A stretch of DNA of 64,000 nt from Octopus sinensis (GCF_006345805.1 NC_043009.1:2108001-2172000), one strand, 5' to 3'; shown: positions 1-15,935, counted from the first letter of the stretch. A program made the numbers and translations. Notes: a model not told the origin generated them from the letters alone.

Positions 1-123
1 AATTTTGTATGTAAAAATATTTTAATCTTCGGATTTTTTTAATATGCTAGGCCACTGGTTTTAATTGATTAATATCAATTTAGACCCTTATTTTATTATA
101 TATATATATATTTTCATACACAC

Positions 124-155
<32 letters not shown>

Positions 156-163
156 TATATATA

Positions 164-223
<60 letters not shown>

Positions 224-225
224 AT

Positions 226-438
226 ACCGGAGTAAGCACATAAATGTGAGACAAGGTGGAAAAAAGGAGTACTCAAATACCAGAGGTAGAGTAGTGTGCT
301 TTATTTAAAAGCAGTAGAAATATAACAAAAGCTGTTACCCGTTCGTCGGACAGTTTTGTTAACAAAACTGTCCGACGAACGGGAACGGGAAACTCTGAGT
401 TACAGCTTTTGTTATATTTCTACTGCTTTTAAATAAAG
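226..438. mobile_element. Penelope-like pLTR-type fragment arranged as a head-to-head inverted duplication centred on GTT|AAC (360/361)
   Basis: 299-360 is the reverse complement of 361-438 apart from a ~17-nt deletion in the left arm. It carries a hammerhead motif followed by AATAAA, is flanked by (TG)n/(TA)n, and belongs to the same family as 1486-1570. Confidence 0.7.
368..405 (+). ncRNA. Minimal type I hammerhead ribozyme motif, slightly degenerate
   Basis: CTGT-CCGACGA-ACG(GGAA)CGG-GAAAC-TCTGA-GTT-ACAG. Stem I is CTGT/ACAG. It has a stem II closing mismatch and a GUU triplet. Confidence 0.6.
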
Positions 439-514
439 TATATCTATATCTATCTATCTATCTATCTATCTATATATGTATTTATGCATATATATATGCA
501 CATATATATATATA

Positions 515-648
<134 letters not shown>

Positions 649-1485
649 TACATACATATGTATCTATATATATATATAGAGAGGGGGATACAGAGAAATA
701 AGTAGATATATAGAGGGAGAAAGTGAAAGAGGGATACACAGATATATATATATATATTATATACAGAGATAGATAAATAGATAGAAAATAAGATAGAAAA
801 AGAGTGAGGGAGAGAGAAAAGGAGAGAGAATGTGGGAGAGGGAGAGAGGAGATGTCTCAGCAGCAGCGGCCGGCGAGTGCCGTGGCACATTTCGATCTGT
901 TTTGACATTTCCAACGGCGCCTATTTGCAGCTAGCCATGCGCTCAGATCTCTTCATCTTGAGAGATGATATCCTTTTCAATTAATCTATATCATCTCAAT
1001 AATTGACATGATATCTGTGTGCTCTGAGATGCGTAACGCTCCCGTCGCCAGAGAATATTACTAGAGACACAAGACAAACTAGGTGGGTTAAGACAACTTT
1101 ACATCACTAGATTAAAGAGTAACACACTCACTTGCACAATACACATCCCACTCCATAAGGATCAGCAATCTGAACTCTGCGACAAGTTTGCAAAATGGCT
1201 GGCAGATACATCAATTGTTGATTTGATTTTATAATACTTTCTCTTAGACTTTTTGCTACTAAAGGACCCGAGAATGGAATGAAGCAGATTTGTACATAGT
1301 CGGAAGGCCGTTGATGCTCGTGATGTCCTCTTCCCGTTATGGTGTCCTGTTTTCTACCCCGCCCATAAACCAAAATTCTCCCTCCTCACGGAGATGGCTT
1401 ATATATCTATATGAATGTTTATATGTGTGTATATATATGTCTCTGAGACATTTAGAAATCCAATATTTCTAATATATATATATAC

Positions 1486-1674
<189 letters not shown>

Positions 1675-1871
1675 TATTATATATATACATATATATACAT
1701 TCATATATATATATATGTATATATATATACGCATGTTATATACACATATATATTTATACATGTATATATATATGCATGTATATGTATCTTTATATATATA
1801 TGCATATACATATACATACATACATACATACGTACATACATACATACATACATACATACATACAGGCATAC

Positions 1872-1967
<96 letters not shown>

Positions 1968-2290
1968 CAATAAATTATGTGAAAGACACTAGTTAGACTT
2001 ATTTTCTAATAATGAATGGTGAGAAAGAAAAATTAATAGAATTTGAAAAGATGATTGTACGCACTCACACACACACACAGACACAGGCATACACACACAC
2101 ATACAGACAGACAGACAGACAGACACACACGCACACACATATAGCCAAACAGGCAAATAAACAGACGACGTGGTAGATAGTTGCAGAGGTAGATATAGCT
2201 TAAACAAAAGAGAAACGTGTAGACTCCGACAAAAGTCCATGAACAGAATATTAGGGAAACAAAACCGAAGAGAAACATCGTGTTGTTTAG

Positions 2291-2410
2291 CTTGCACAAT
2301 AAGATTAAACTTCATCTGTTAAGTGGCTCAGAATGTCCAATTATTACGGAGATTGTCCATGTTATCTGGTTGGGAAATGCATCGTGTGAAGTTTGCTTAG
2401 AACATATTAG
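2291..2410 (+). CDS. Candidate internal exon of an unidentified gene (LHNKIKLHLLSGSECPIITEIVHVIWLGNASCEVCLEHI)
   Basis: tgttgtttag| acceptor, |gtatat donor, one open frame only, phase 2-2, compatible with 5925-6049. No homology recognised. Confidence 0.35.
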
Positions 2411-2607
2411 GTATATCTTTTACTCCAAGCGTATTATTTTCACGAGATCTGTTTCCAATTAGCATCTTAATACCTACTTTGCTTTCTAACCAAACCATCA
2501 CTTCCTTTATTAGACCACTGCATCGAACTGTTTTATTGACTGACATATCTTCCATCTTGTTCATCTCCATTCACCTCCGATATTGCAGTCTTCCCTTTCC
2601 GAATTCA

Positions 2608-2616
2608 TTTCCTTCT

Positions 2617-2665
<49 letters not shown>

Positions 2666-2683
2666 TTTCTTTCTTTCTTTCCT

Positions 2684-2715
<32 letters not shown>

Positions 2716-2719
2716 TCCT

Positions 2720-2775
<56 letters not shown>

Positions 2776-3050
2776 TCCTTCTTCTTCTTCTTCTTCTTCT
2801 TCTTCTTCTTCTTCTTCTTCTCTTCTTCTTCTTCTTCTTCTTCTTCTTCTTCTTCTTCTTCTTCTCCTCCTCCTTCTTCTTCTCACCCTTCTTCTTCTTC
2901 TTCTTCTTCTCCTCCTCCTTCTTCTCACCCTTCTTCTTCTTCTTCTTCTTCTTCTTCTTCTTCTCCTCCCCCTCCTCCTTCTTCTTCTTCTTCTTCTTCT
3001 TCTTCTTCTTCTTCTCTTCCTTCTTCTTCTTCTTCTTCTTCTTCTTCTTC
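2608..3050. repeat. Polypyrimidine microsatellite (CTTT)n grading into (CTT)n
   Basis: Direct reading. Confidence 0.97.
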
Positions 3051-3779
3051 TGGCTTCTACTTCTTTCTTCTCCTCCTTTGTTGGCGACTATTGTTCTTCA
3101 ACCGCTTCTCACCTTCATCCCTCAACTCAACCACAACCTCCCCCTCTTCCTCTTCCGGTTATTCTACTACCAAATTCCTTATTACTGCCATTACTGCCAA
3201 AGCGAACGTCGACGTTGACGCTATTATCACGGTGCTGAACGGTGAGGGCGACGCCGCTTGCGGTTACGCAGTTGTCGTTCCTATCGTTGCAGTGGTTGTT
3301 GTTGTTGTAATTTAGTTTGTATGATGCTGTTGGTGCTGCTAATATTGATGGTGGTGGTGGTGGTGGTGGTGGTGGTGTTTATATATATATATGTATTGGT
3401 GGTGTTATTGTTGTTGGTATTGGAGTAATGGTGCTTTGTTGGAAGTCAGAGAGAATGTTTTAAAATTGCTATGAAGTTGATCATTATCGATAATTTCTTC
3501 ATCACTGATCTAGGCAACGAGAGTAACTAATGTTCTTGCGTTCATATCTTTCATGCTCTCCTTCTTTCTCTTCTTCGTTCCTTCCTTCATCCACTTACAC
3601 ACTCAAACATATAGATATGAGTGTACATGTACATACATGGATGTATACATATTTACGCATATGTGTACACAGAAACACACACAGGTGCTCACGCACACAT
3701 ATATGACATATATACAAGTATGTCCATGCACACATACATACGTATATGCTCAGTTCTTCATTCGCTTATAAACGCCAAC

Positions 3780-3935
3780 GATATATACATATATGTACAC
3801 ATATACTCACATACATATATGCATACATGTATACATCCATAATACGAACATACATATAGGCATATATATATATACACATGCGCACATGCATACTTACGTA
3901 CATACATATAACATATATACATATATATATATAAA

Positions 3936-4007
<72 letters not shown>

Positions 4008-4272
4008 TATACATTCATATTATCATACATACCTTCTTATATGTGTATTTATATGTATATATATTTATATATCTACACACGCACACACATATAAATATCT
4101 ACACACACATACATTTACATTCACATACATTAATACATACACATATGCAGGCATATATGCATATATATACATATACATATGCAGACATATATACATACAC
4201 ACACACATACACACACTCACACGCACATACACATATATAGCTAAATATATATACACATATGCAGTCATATAT

Positions 4273-4325
<53 letters not shown>

Positions 4326-4873
4326 GACATACATATGCAGTTATACATACATACATATATATATATACATACACATAACACACATATATGTTTATATACC
4401 TACATACACATACATACATACATACATACATATACAAATACATAGAAACATATATACACTCTTCGTTCAGTCACCGAACCTCCGAAAGGTGGCACCTGTA
4501 CACCGCACTACTGAATTCAAATCCTTTTACATTGTTATAATCAATAATAGTTATTGTTACACTTTATGAAAATCGAAACCAGAGATGATAGCTTTAACAT
4601 ACATAGTACAGTAATAGAGACGGACAATAGTAAAGGGTTGGCGGTGGAAGTCGTTGAGACACAATTATATCTCTGCCGTGTCAATGAAAGATAATGATGC
4701 AGCTCAGAGGGAAAATTAAATAAACATCTGTGTTAATAATGATGGCTGCCATCTAGTTATTGTCAAGACGGCAGAATATGGAGTCATTGGACGTATGAAG
4801 AGACGTTACAATACGTTTCCTTACAGATAAACACACATGCATACGCGTACATCCATGCCGGCACACACACACA

Positions 4874-4921
<48 letters not shown>

Positions 4922-5623
4922 ACACACAAACACACACACAAACACACATACACACATACACACACATACACACGCACACACATACACACGCATACATACA
5001 CACACACTCACACACATACACACATACACACGCACACACAGACACACACACGCACACATTAATCTCTATTTATCTATGCATGCATTTATATGCGCGCGTT
5101 TTGTATGTGTGCATATGTAACAATTTAAATACATGCACCCCCCCATGCGCGCGCACATACATGCATATTTGTATATATATATATATATATTATATATATA
5201 TATGCATATATATACATATGCACATACATATACATATGCAGCCACATATACTTACTTACACACACACGCGCACACACACACGCACATATATATATATGTA
5301 TATTTATACATCTACATACACATACATACACATATGCAGCTATATATACATACATTTATATGTATGTATATATACACATATATGTATGTGATATATATAT
5401 ATATATATATATACATATATACATATGTGCATACGAACATATACATACATATATATAAATATATTTAAATATATGTATTAATGTATGTATAAATATGTAT
5501 ATATGGGCATATATGATATACATCATGTATATGTATAAACAAAAGTACCTATCAATATGTATATAGCAATATACATATGTATATATATATATACATATGT
5601 ACACACACACACACACACATATA

Positions 5624-5684
<61 letters not shown>

Positions 5685-5760
5685 ATATTATCATATGTAC
5701 TTCTACATGCAGATTTGTATTAGATGTATACTAATATATACATATATATTGCATATATGC
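3780..5760. repeat. Compound (TA)n/(CA)n/(TACA)n microsatellite field
   Basis: Direct reading, with a short unique spacer at about 4460-4830. Confidence 0.95.
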
Positions 5761-5924
5761 ATTATATATATGAATGTGAACTTGGATGTGTGCGTATACT
5801 TATAGAAGCATCTATACATATATAAGCAGAGTGATCTTTAAGAGGGAACTCGTTAAATTGGAAATATCAGAAAGATAACAATTTAGCTTCATTACGTAAA
5901 ATATGATAGCTTAGTTGAATGTAG

Positions 5925-6049
5925 GTTTTGTGGGGAAAGATTTGGAAGCTTGCCAAAATGTTTCCTTGTATGGCGAACGAAACATCTCATAGCTGAAGTT
6001 ATGCAATTTCTTAGCATGCGACCAACTATCGTATTTCAAAATAAAGCAA
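5925..6049 (+). CDS. Candidate internal exon (FCGERFGSLPKCFLVWRTKHLIAEVMQFLSMRPTIVFQNKA)
   Basis: tag| acceptor, strong |gtaagc donor, only one open plus frame, phase 2-1. The minus strand also has an open frame here. Confidence 0.35.
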
Positions 6050-6973
6050 GTAAGCTAGTGTTTGTATGTAATTTCTTGCATTCAACAGAGATCCATACTA
6101 AATGAGAAACATTTGCTGTTGGTTAAAGGCATGAATTTGTATTAGTTTCACTAATGCGTATACGATTTTCTAGAAAGCAATGTGATCTTGCTAGTTGGAG
6201 CAGAAATATTCTTATTTAGTTTCCCTGTAGCAAAACAAATTTTCAACATGGCGTTATTATTGATCTATTCTCTTCTTCATCTCGAGTTTTTGTTGTATTG
6301 CCAAATATCCAGATTTATATTATATGCATTAACAGATATTTTATACAGAGCTATCTTTAACAATATACCTAATTCCACGGATACTGATTTTTTCTTTACA
6401 ACAGAAATATTAGTGGGAAAATAACAACCATTAAGATTTAAAAAAATATATACATTCCAAAGAAATTGAAATAACCTACAGAATATATATACACTTAAGA
6501 GATTTACTATTGTAATTTTTTTCGATTGCATAAAAAAAAACCTTATTTTACTAAAGACAAACTAACAAGATACAAATAGCATGTACAGATTTAATTCGAT
6601 TGTAGTAGAATACACTGAAGTTGATTTGTATATCTACTTGGTAGTAGATATCTGTGCATGCTAGATTTGACGGCTGTTGAACACTTTTACGACGATAATC
6701 AGATGCAACTTGAAATGAGAATATGAGAATGGGAAGAAATGAAAAACTGAAAGGAACGTGAGTAGTTCGTTAGTATTCTCTCTGGACACGAAGTAGTATA
6801 GAGATCTTGAAGAAAATCATTGTGTATATATAAAAACACACGCATACATATATATCTGTGTATATGTATATGAATGTATATATATATACTTGTAAATTCA
6901 CGGACAAAGGCACATATGAATTAATGATTGTCAAGAAAACAAGACTAATGTAATTAAATTCATTAGCTCACAG

Positions 6974-7006
6974 TTGTTTCTGCTATAAGAAGCGCCTCAC
7001 GCAGAG
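6974..7006 (+). CDS. Candidate 33-nt exon (VSAIRSASRR)
   Basis: ctcacag| acceptor, consensus GAG|gtgagt donor, phase 1-1. Confidence 0.3.
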
Positions 7007-7075
7007 GTGAGTGTAATATTCCCTAGGTTCCTTGGTGCTATGGAATGATTATTGGTATTGTTATGCTTAAGCTAT

Positions 7076-7232
<157 letters not shown>

Positions 7233-8509
7233 CCTTCAGCGGATATCACAAGGCTGCATATTCTGAACATTAACTGGAGAAACTACTGACTACAAGGGAA
7301 GAGTAAAATATTACAGATATTATAAATAGTTTTATCAACAGTGGCTTCGAAGTTTCACTAACAGTTGCAGTGTGACGATGCAAGACTTAGGTGATGCGTA
7401 GGAACATCCTTCCTTGCTCCAGTTAGAAATTTACAGTCAAAATCACAAATTACAGTTCTGTTTATCTAAATTTCAGCAGCAAAATTACAATCTATGTTTT
7501 CTTGTTAACAAAAGCCAGTTCCAACACGTATAGTTTTTCTCATGCATTAACAGGAGATATGTGTGCACACTGTGTACAGAAAGGGTCTGCAAAGATTCTC
7601 ATAGATCCCAGAACTTGAATAACAATTATACAGTAAGGTAAAGCCTTCACTGAATCTAACTGAAGGAGTGCATATATTTTCATTGAATTCTGTTGCTAAC
7701 TACAGTGAAATTTCTTGAGATACTATCTGATGTGAGAATTGCCAAGTAGAGCACTGTCTTGAAAAGTAAGAATAACGTCTGTGGTGAGATTGTTAGATTT
7801 CGCTTTGAGCAAAGCTGGCCTCTGTGGAAATATCTTACACTTGGCTATAGTAACTCACTTTAACATTGTGTGTATTGAAAATCTCGAATACGTTTGCTTG
7901 GAAGTAACCTAATTATGGATAAAATGTTCCTTGCTCCTTGTTGGATGGAGCTTAACGATTTATGGATTCATGCATATCCAGTGTACATTAGCACCTTGCT
8001 GAAGCCATGTTGTGTGGCTGGTAACTTTGTCGAATATATCGCTATCACGGAATAAATGAGAAATTCTCCAATTGATACCGATATTAAGTTCCTAAATGTA
8101 ACTGAGTGTGGTGGGAATTCCTATGAATACATAAAGACTATATTTCTATAGGGATATTCTTTGCCTGAAGTCGCTAAGTTTAAAATAGGTTTGGTTCATA
8201 ACGATAGATATACATAGGTTAAACTCCTTAACATTTTCTATTAAATGTTTCCTAAATACATCCATAGCATGACTATTTGAACGGAAATTACTAATCCGTT
8301 GGTTACGAAAAAATTGGGGATGGAGGGCTGATCGGTTCAACATGTGGAAGCTGTGACATACTCAACACCGAAAAGTAAGCGTACGAACGATCAAACTCAA
8401 TATTATTATCTATAAAACTTCCACCAATGTATTTCTAAGTTGATAAAAAGCAGAACATACGCACACACAAACACATACATACACATATATATTCACAGAA
8501 CAGAGCCCC

Positions 8510-8553
<44 letters not shown>

Positions 8554-8618
8554 ATATATATATAATGCGTATTCATGCATGTATATATAAAGCATGTTCT
8601 AATGCATGTATTTATGTT

Positions 8619-8693
<75 letters not shown>

Positions 8694-8851
8694 CGTATGT
8701 ATTATGTATATATATATATATATATGTATATATAAAACAATGGGCTATAGAAAGGAAACGCCGCATGCTGATCGATATTTAAATATCAATAACTATAACA
8801 GATTCATTGTAATGTTCCTCTGAAACTATTTAATTAACCTTGATGTTTCAG

Positions 8852-8928
8852 GTAAAAGAATCCTTTACAAAAGTGTTCAGACAACAAGAAAGAAGTATGC
8901 TTGTGATGCCGGTCACGTTTCTCTGTGA
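8852..8928 (+). CDS. Candidate terminal exon (GKRILYKSVQTTRKKYACDAGHVSL*)
   Basis: tgatgtttcag| acceptor, phase 1, TGA at 8926-8928. The same site could instead be a donor (CAG|gtaaaa). Confidence 0.25.
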
Positions 8929-9194
8929 AATCCACTCATAAGATGAGGCTGCCAAGAACCGGCATGTTAAGCTAATCGACGCAGTATTTCTTTCATGTTC
9001 CCCTGAACACTTTTGAAAAGGATGCGTGTATTTCACACGGAATAAGAGAACTAATTAACTACATTTAAAGCATCACATCGATATCTTTGTTATTGTTATT
9101 ATTGATTTTAATGATCTCTCTGATATTTATATAGTCTTCTAGGACACAGTTATGTTTCGCATGAATCCACAATTGCTCCAAGATTCCTGCCTGT

Positions 9195-9922
<728 letters not shown>

Positions 9923-10349
9923 ATCAGTCTTTGCCCAGCGACTTCACGCTGCGTGCTTTAGTCCGGATACTTATTGATCTAGACCACGTATTTGACCTCC
10001 CTTGCAGTTCCTTTTCCTGTCAAACTCCTATTTCATTCACAAAGTACCTGATCATTAATCAAGCACGTTAATATTTTTTAAAAAATTATATTATAATTCC
10101 GTTTTTCAAAAATTCAAAAGACAGTTTACAGATGTGAAAATATATTACTGGATAAAAAAACAGAAAGAATTTCATTTCAAATCATTGTGCAGATGGTTGA
10201 TGAAAGTTTCAATTTTTGCCGAAGAAAGAAATGAGCACTTAAAAAGTTTTTCAAGTAGGAGAAAAAAACAGAAGAGAGAAACGAAAAATATCAGAAAGAA
10301 GGAGGAAGATTTCTTATATTAAGGACCTTTAAGAAAAATTCTTATTCTC

Positions 10350-10409
10350 AGTGATAATAATAATAGTAATAATAACAAAAACAATAACAATAACAACAAC
10401 AACAACAAC

Positions 10410-10462
<53 letters not shown>

Positions 10463-10824
10463 TGATGATGATGATAATAATAATAATACTGATAATAATA
10501 AGAATTATTATTATAATAATAATATCAATAACAATAATAATAATAATCATCATCATCATAAAAATGATAGTAAAAATAACATAAAAAAGTTAAAGTAAAA
10601 AAACATCCGTTGTAGGTTGTGGCTACTTCATGCACACGTTCGAGTATTGTCAAGTACCCGTAATATGTTTTTTTTTCAAAAAGCTGATGATTTACGATCG
10701 TATTGCAAACTGGTAATAGTTTTACGTTAAAAATCGTTAATTCAACACAATAAAACCGATGACGATGATAATGATGATGATGATGTTGGTGATGGTGGTA
10801 GTGGAGGTGGTGCTGCTGGTGATA

Positions 10825-10861
<37 letters not shown>

Positions 10862-11450
10862 TGCTGGGGATAATGATAATGATGATGATGATGATGATGG
10901 TAATGTTGATGATGATGATGATGATGGTGATGATAATGACAACGATGATGATGATGATGATGATGATGGAGGTAGTGATGGTGATGATGGTGGTGATGAT
11001 GATGGTGAAGATGATTATGATGATGATGATGATGATGATGATGAGGATGATGATGATGGTGGTGATGATGATGGTGATGATGATGATGGTGATGACGATA
11101 GCGTTATGACGAAGCGGATTAAGAGCTTGTAAAAGATGACAACAATTGATGATGCTTTATGACAACGACAACGATGACGACGCTGATGACGATGGCAATA
11201 AAGATGATGATGATGATGACATCGATAACGACGACGACGATGACGACGACGTTATGACAAAGCGGATGAAGAGCAAGTAAAGGACGATGACAATTGACGA
11301 TGTATCATGGCGACGAAGACGACGAGTATAATGATGATGATGACGACGATCACGATGATGATAATGATGGTGATGATGAAGACGATGACAAAGAAATCAT
11401 CGACAGTGACCATGACGACAACGATGAGATTGTAAGTAACACATTCGTCA
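10350..11450. repeat. (AAT/AAC)n array followed by a degenerate (GAT/GGT/GAC)n array
   Basis: Direct reading. The ORFs listed here are repeat translations. Confidence 0.95.
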
Positions 11451-11911
11451 CATGATAGCACCTACGCTCAGTTAAGGTTCCATCGCTCGGTGCCATCGTT
11501 CGCCATTATGTTCACTAATTTCCTTAAAACAATTCCTTACATCAACATTTTTTCCAACGTCTCTGATGACAAAGTAATTTCTGTTTCTCCATTTTTTGTT
11601 CCTTTTGATGTAGCTGTTTCATAGTTTCAACAATTTTCGTTTTCTCTATGATGGTAGCATATCTTTTTGATGTTGTAAACACCGTCTACTCTCAACACTA
11701 CTGAGGTTTCCTGGTTGATGTGAGATCTCGTAAAATCCTGATACATCTCGCGTATGCATTACATCGTTTATATATCCCAATTGTCGAACATTAAGCGCAT
11801 TACGCCGCCTTAGCAGTTAGACAAGGGTCTTCTATGACTTAGTGCAAGGAGAATGCCCTTCATAATCTTTATTGTTTGTATGAATGACTCCAGAGCCAGA
11901 ACATACAGGAA

Positions 11912-11989
<78 letters not shown>

Positions 11990-12616
11990 ATATCATTGAT
12001 GGACTAAGGGTTCGATGCTAAGCGGTTTGAACAACCAATGAAGAGCAAAATTAATTGTTACTGAAATTCTAACTGAAGAAGTGTGAAGTTCCTTCAGAAA
12101 ATATTCAACGATAGCTGTGGACAGATGCGAACTTGGCAATCCGTTACAAAATTGTATACGAAGAAGAAACTCATATGAGAAAAAAGGCTTCTTCAAACTA
12201 GCTTGAGTTATATATAGTCTACGAACAGCATAACTAAGAGACGAACAACAAAATAATACGACTACACCAACAGGAAATAAAATAAATTGGAATCGTTTCA
12301 ACCAGTTTCTATGTCTGTACGTTAATTTAAATTCACTTCCGTTTTTTTAACGCAACTAATGAACTATAAACTATGAAATAAAATGACTTCCTCTTAGTGA
12401 AATATTTCTACTAACAATTCCACATACTAATCAACGTCTACCTCTCTTTTTGCCAAAATATATCATTTATGTAATTAGTAGAATCGTAATTAATTTGAAC
12501 TGAAAGGATACAGTACAAATACCAGCATCTATTTACGAAATTTAAGGACTCTATAGATGAAACGTAAGAGAGAAAACCGACTAAATATATACAGTTACAT
12601 TATAACTTTCTCATTA

Positions 12617-12921
12617 CAGTAATCCGTCGACTATCACGGGTGTTTCGTTCCAAAACCCCCGCGATAGGTGAAAATCCGCAAAGTAGAAACAATACTGTAC
12701 TGGATATTTTCTAAAATTATTTTTATAATTTGTATATATTTATTTTATTATAAATGCAAAAGAATGCCACAAAGGAATCCATGTAAGCTTAAATAAAAAA
12801 CCGCGATAGGTGAACCGCGATAGGTGAAACGCGATGGGTGAACCACGATAGTGAACCGCGATAGGTGAACCGCGATAGGTGAACCGCGATAGGTGAACCG
12901 CGATATGGCGAGGGTTTACTG
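12617..12921. mobile_element. pogo/Tigger-type MITE
   Basis: TA|CAGTAATCCGTCGACTATC ... ATATGGCGAGGGTTTACTG imperfect TIRs, with a related inverted copy at 39302-40006. Confidence 0.8.
12799..12905 (+). repeat. 14-bp subterminal tandem array (AACCGCGATAGGTG) x7 plus a partial unit
   Basis: Direct reading; no spacers, so not CRISPR. Confidence 0.95.
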
Positions 12922-14044
12922 AAGTTCCTATATTTTTTATTCAGAAGAAAAGAATATTTATCTCTCAAGAGATGAGAAACCATCTACCTCATTCTCTCTT
13001 TCTCTCCCCCACTCTTTCCCCCTTACTCACTGATTACGCATGCACACATCCATAATGATCTCTCTCATGTTCCGGGAAAATCCCGGAGAAAAGGTATCAC
13101 TTCTGACCGGGTTTTCATTCAGAGGGCGAGGTTATTTCATTACCTTCGAACCCTCGGTTTATGGTATTTCTGGCGTCGAGATCCGGCAGTTTTTCTCACT
13201 TACTGCTGTTCGTGCTTCCACCCCCGTTGTCTACATTCTCATTTTCTCTGCCTCTCTAAAGAGAGCCTTTAAATTTGCTTATTTACTAATACACGTTTAA
13301 GAGATCAGCCTCCTGCCTCGTAACACCAATTTTCCTGTTTATATTCCAACACTCACAATAAAGAAGAACTCATTTTGGTAATCATCAGTTATTAGGACTT
13401 GACATATTATCGTAGTTACCTCGCATTTCATCGCTTACACTACGGTTTAAGAAGATGACAAGAATTTTAAGGTGAACATCGCCACCAAAGTTCTATGTGG
13501 CTTTACTTGTTCTATGCACTGGAACGCCAATTTGTGAACAGCTGAGTACTACACAGTGTTTGTCTTTGAAAATTCAGGACTCACTGTCACGTGTTCTGCT
13601 CTCATCAAAATGTTCCATACAAATCTCTCGGGGCTTCGATTATTATTTTGTTTAGCTTAATTGTAAACCTTTCCATTATTTGAAAAGCAGAAAGAAATCA
13701 AATTCGTTGTCCATTTCAGGATAAATTTCTTAGGAGCGGAGCCATGTTCTCAACGGAAATTTTTAATCTTTCTTTTCATTAGAACCGTTAGCAAAAGAGT
13801 TTTTGTAAATGATTTTGTATGCGTTCACAACGTAAAACAACTGCGCAAACCAAATTCCGTAGCTGCATTCTTTTGTTTGATTCTTACCTATTTAAGTCTA
13901 TCTTTATTGTTTTCCTTTCGTAATCGGTACAGTTTCATTCATTAATACTTATCGGAATGAGGCTGGGGGAGCCTTTTCGCACTTTCGAAAGAGAAGACAT
14001 GATAACAGGAAAGTAAATACAAAAGCAATGCTAAGGTTTCTTAA

Positions 14045-14500
14045 GGTGGTGAGCTGGCAGAATCGTTTGTACGCCGGGCACAATTCTTAGCGGCTTTTTC
14101 TCACTCTTTATTTTCTGAGTTCAATTCCCGCCGAATTCCACTTTGCCTTTCTTCCTCTCGGGGTCGAGAAAATAAAAGTACAAGTTGAGCATTGGGGTCT
14201 ACGTAATCGACTTATGGCCCTTCCCTGAAATTGCTGGCATTGTATCAAAATTTGAAACCAATATTTCTCATGTCTTGGGCAGCGAGCTAGCAGAATCGAT
14301 AGCTTTGCATCAAAAGTGCTTAGCACCATTTTGTCCATTTGGCCAAAACTCATTATTATTAAGTCCTGGCGAGATCAACTTAGCCTTTTATTCTTTCGTG
14401 AACGAGTAAATAAAGAACTAGTAAATAAATACAGTGTTGGAGGCAACTGACTTATCCGCAATGCTCAAACTGCTGGCCCCGCGCCAAAATTAGAAATGAT
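14045..14500 (+). mobile_element. Two tandem Nin-domain-like tRNA SINE copies (group A)
   Basis: GGTGAGCTGGCAGAATCGTT head, then TTCTGAGTTCAATTCCCGCC and CTTTGCCTTTC-TCC-TCGGGGTCGA, a Nin/Deu-domain-like motif (recalled from memory). Confidence 0.75.
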
Positions 14501-14656
14501 AATTATTACATTATTTACATTATTTACATTCGACGATTATTTGTCCTCATCTTGATTGTTGTTAAAACAACGTTTCGGCTGATATACCATCCAGCCTTCG
14601 TCAGGTGTCCTGGGGAAATTTCGAACCTGGGTTCTCATTCCTAAGGTATTTTTCAA

Positions 14657-14729
<73 letters not shown>

Positions 14730-14802
14730 GAGGTCATTGCCTGGAATCGAACTCGGAACCTTGGGGTTAGTAGCCCGCGCTCTTAACCACTACGCCATAT
14801 GC
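14501..14802 (-). mobile_element. Composite SINE: tRNA-like head, (AAT)n, hammerhead module, (GTAAATAAT)n tail
   Basis: The head 14802-14731 has A box TGGCGTAGTGG and B box GTTCGATTCC. (AAT)n spans 14730-14657, the hammerhead 14609-14564, and the tandem tail 14531-14501. Confidence 0.7.
14564..14609 (-). ncRNA. Minimal type I hammerhead ribozyme motif
   Basis: GACAC-CTGACGA-A-GGCTGG(ATGGTATA)TCAGCC-GAAAC-GTT-GTTTT. Stem III is the palindrome AACGTT; stem I has one mismatch. Confidence 0.75.
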
Positions 14803-14807
14803 TTATT

Positions 14808-15935
<1,128 letters not shown>

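Noticed and set aside
1128-1373. Minus ORF as a PLE linker or exon
   Set aside because: Similarity is too weak; the donor at 1136 is good but the frame is ambiguous.
11460-11900. Possible transposase remnant (ISEHNGERWH)
   Set aside because: A single short motif in a stop-riddled frame.
12799-12905. CRISPR-like array
   Set aside because: There are no spacers; the units are contiguous, in a eukaryotic MITE context.
14731-14802. Functional tRNA gene
   Set aside because: The acceptor stem does not pair and the anticodon loop CTACTAA is atypical; treated as a SINE head.
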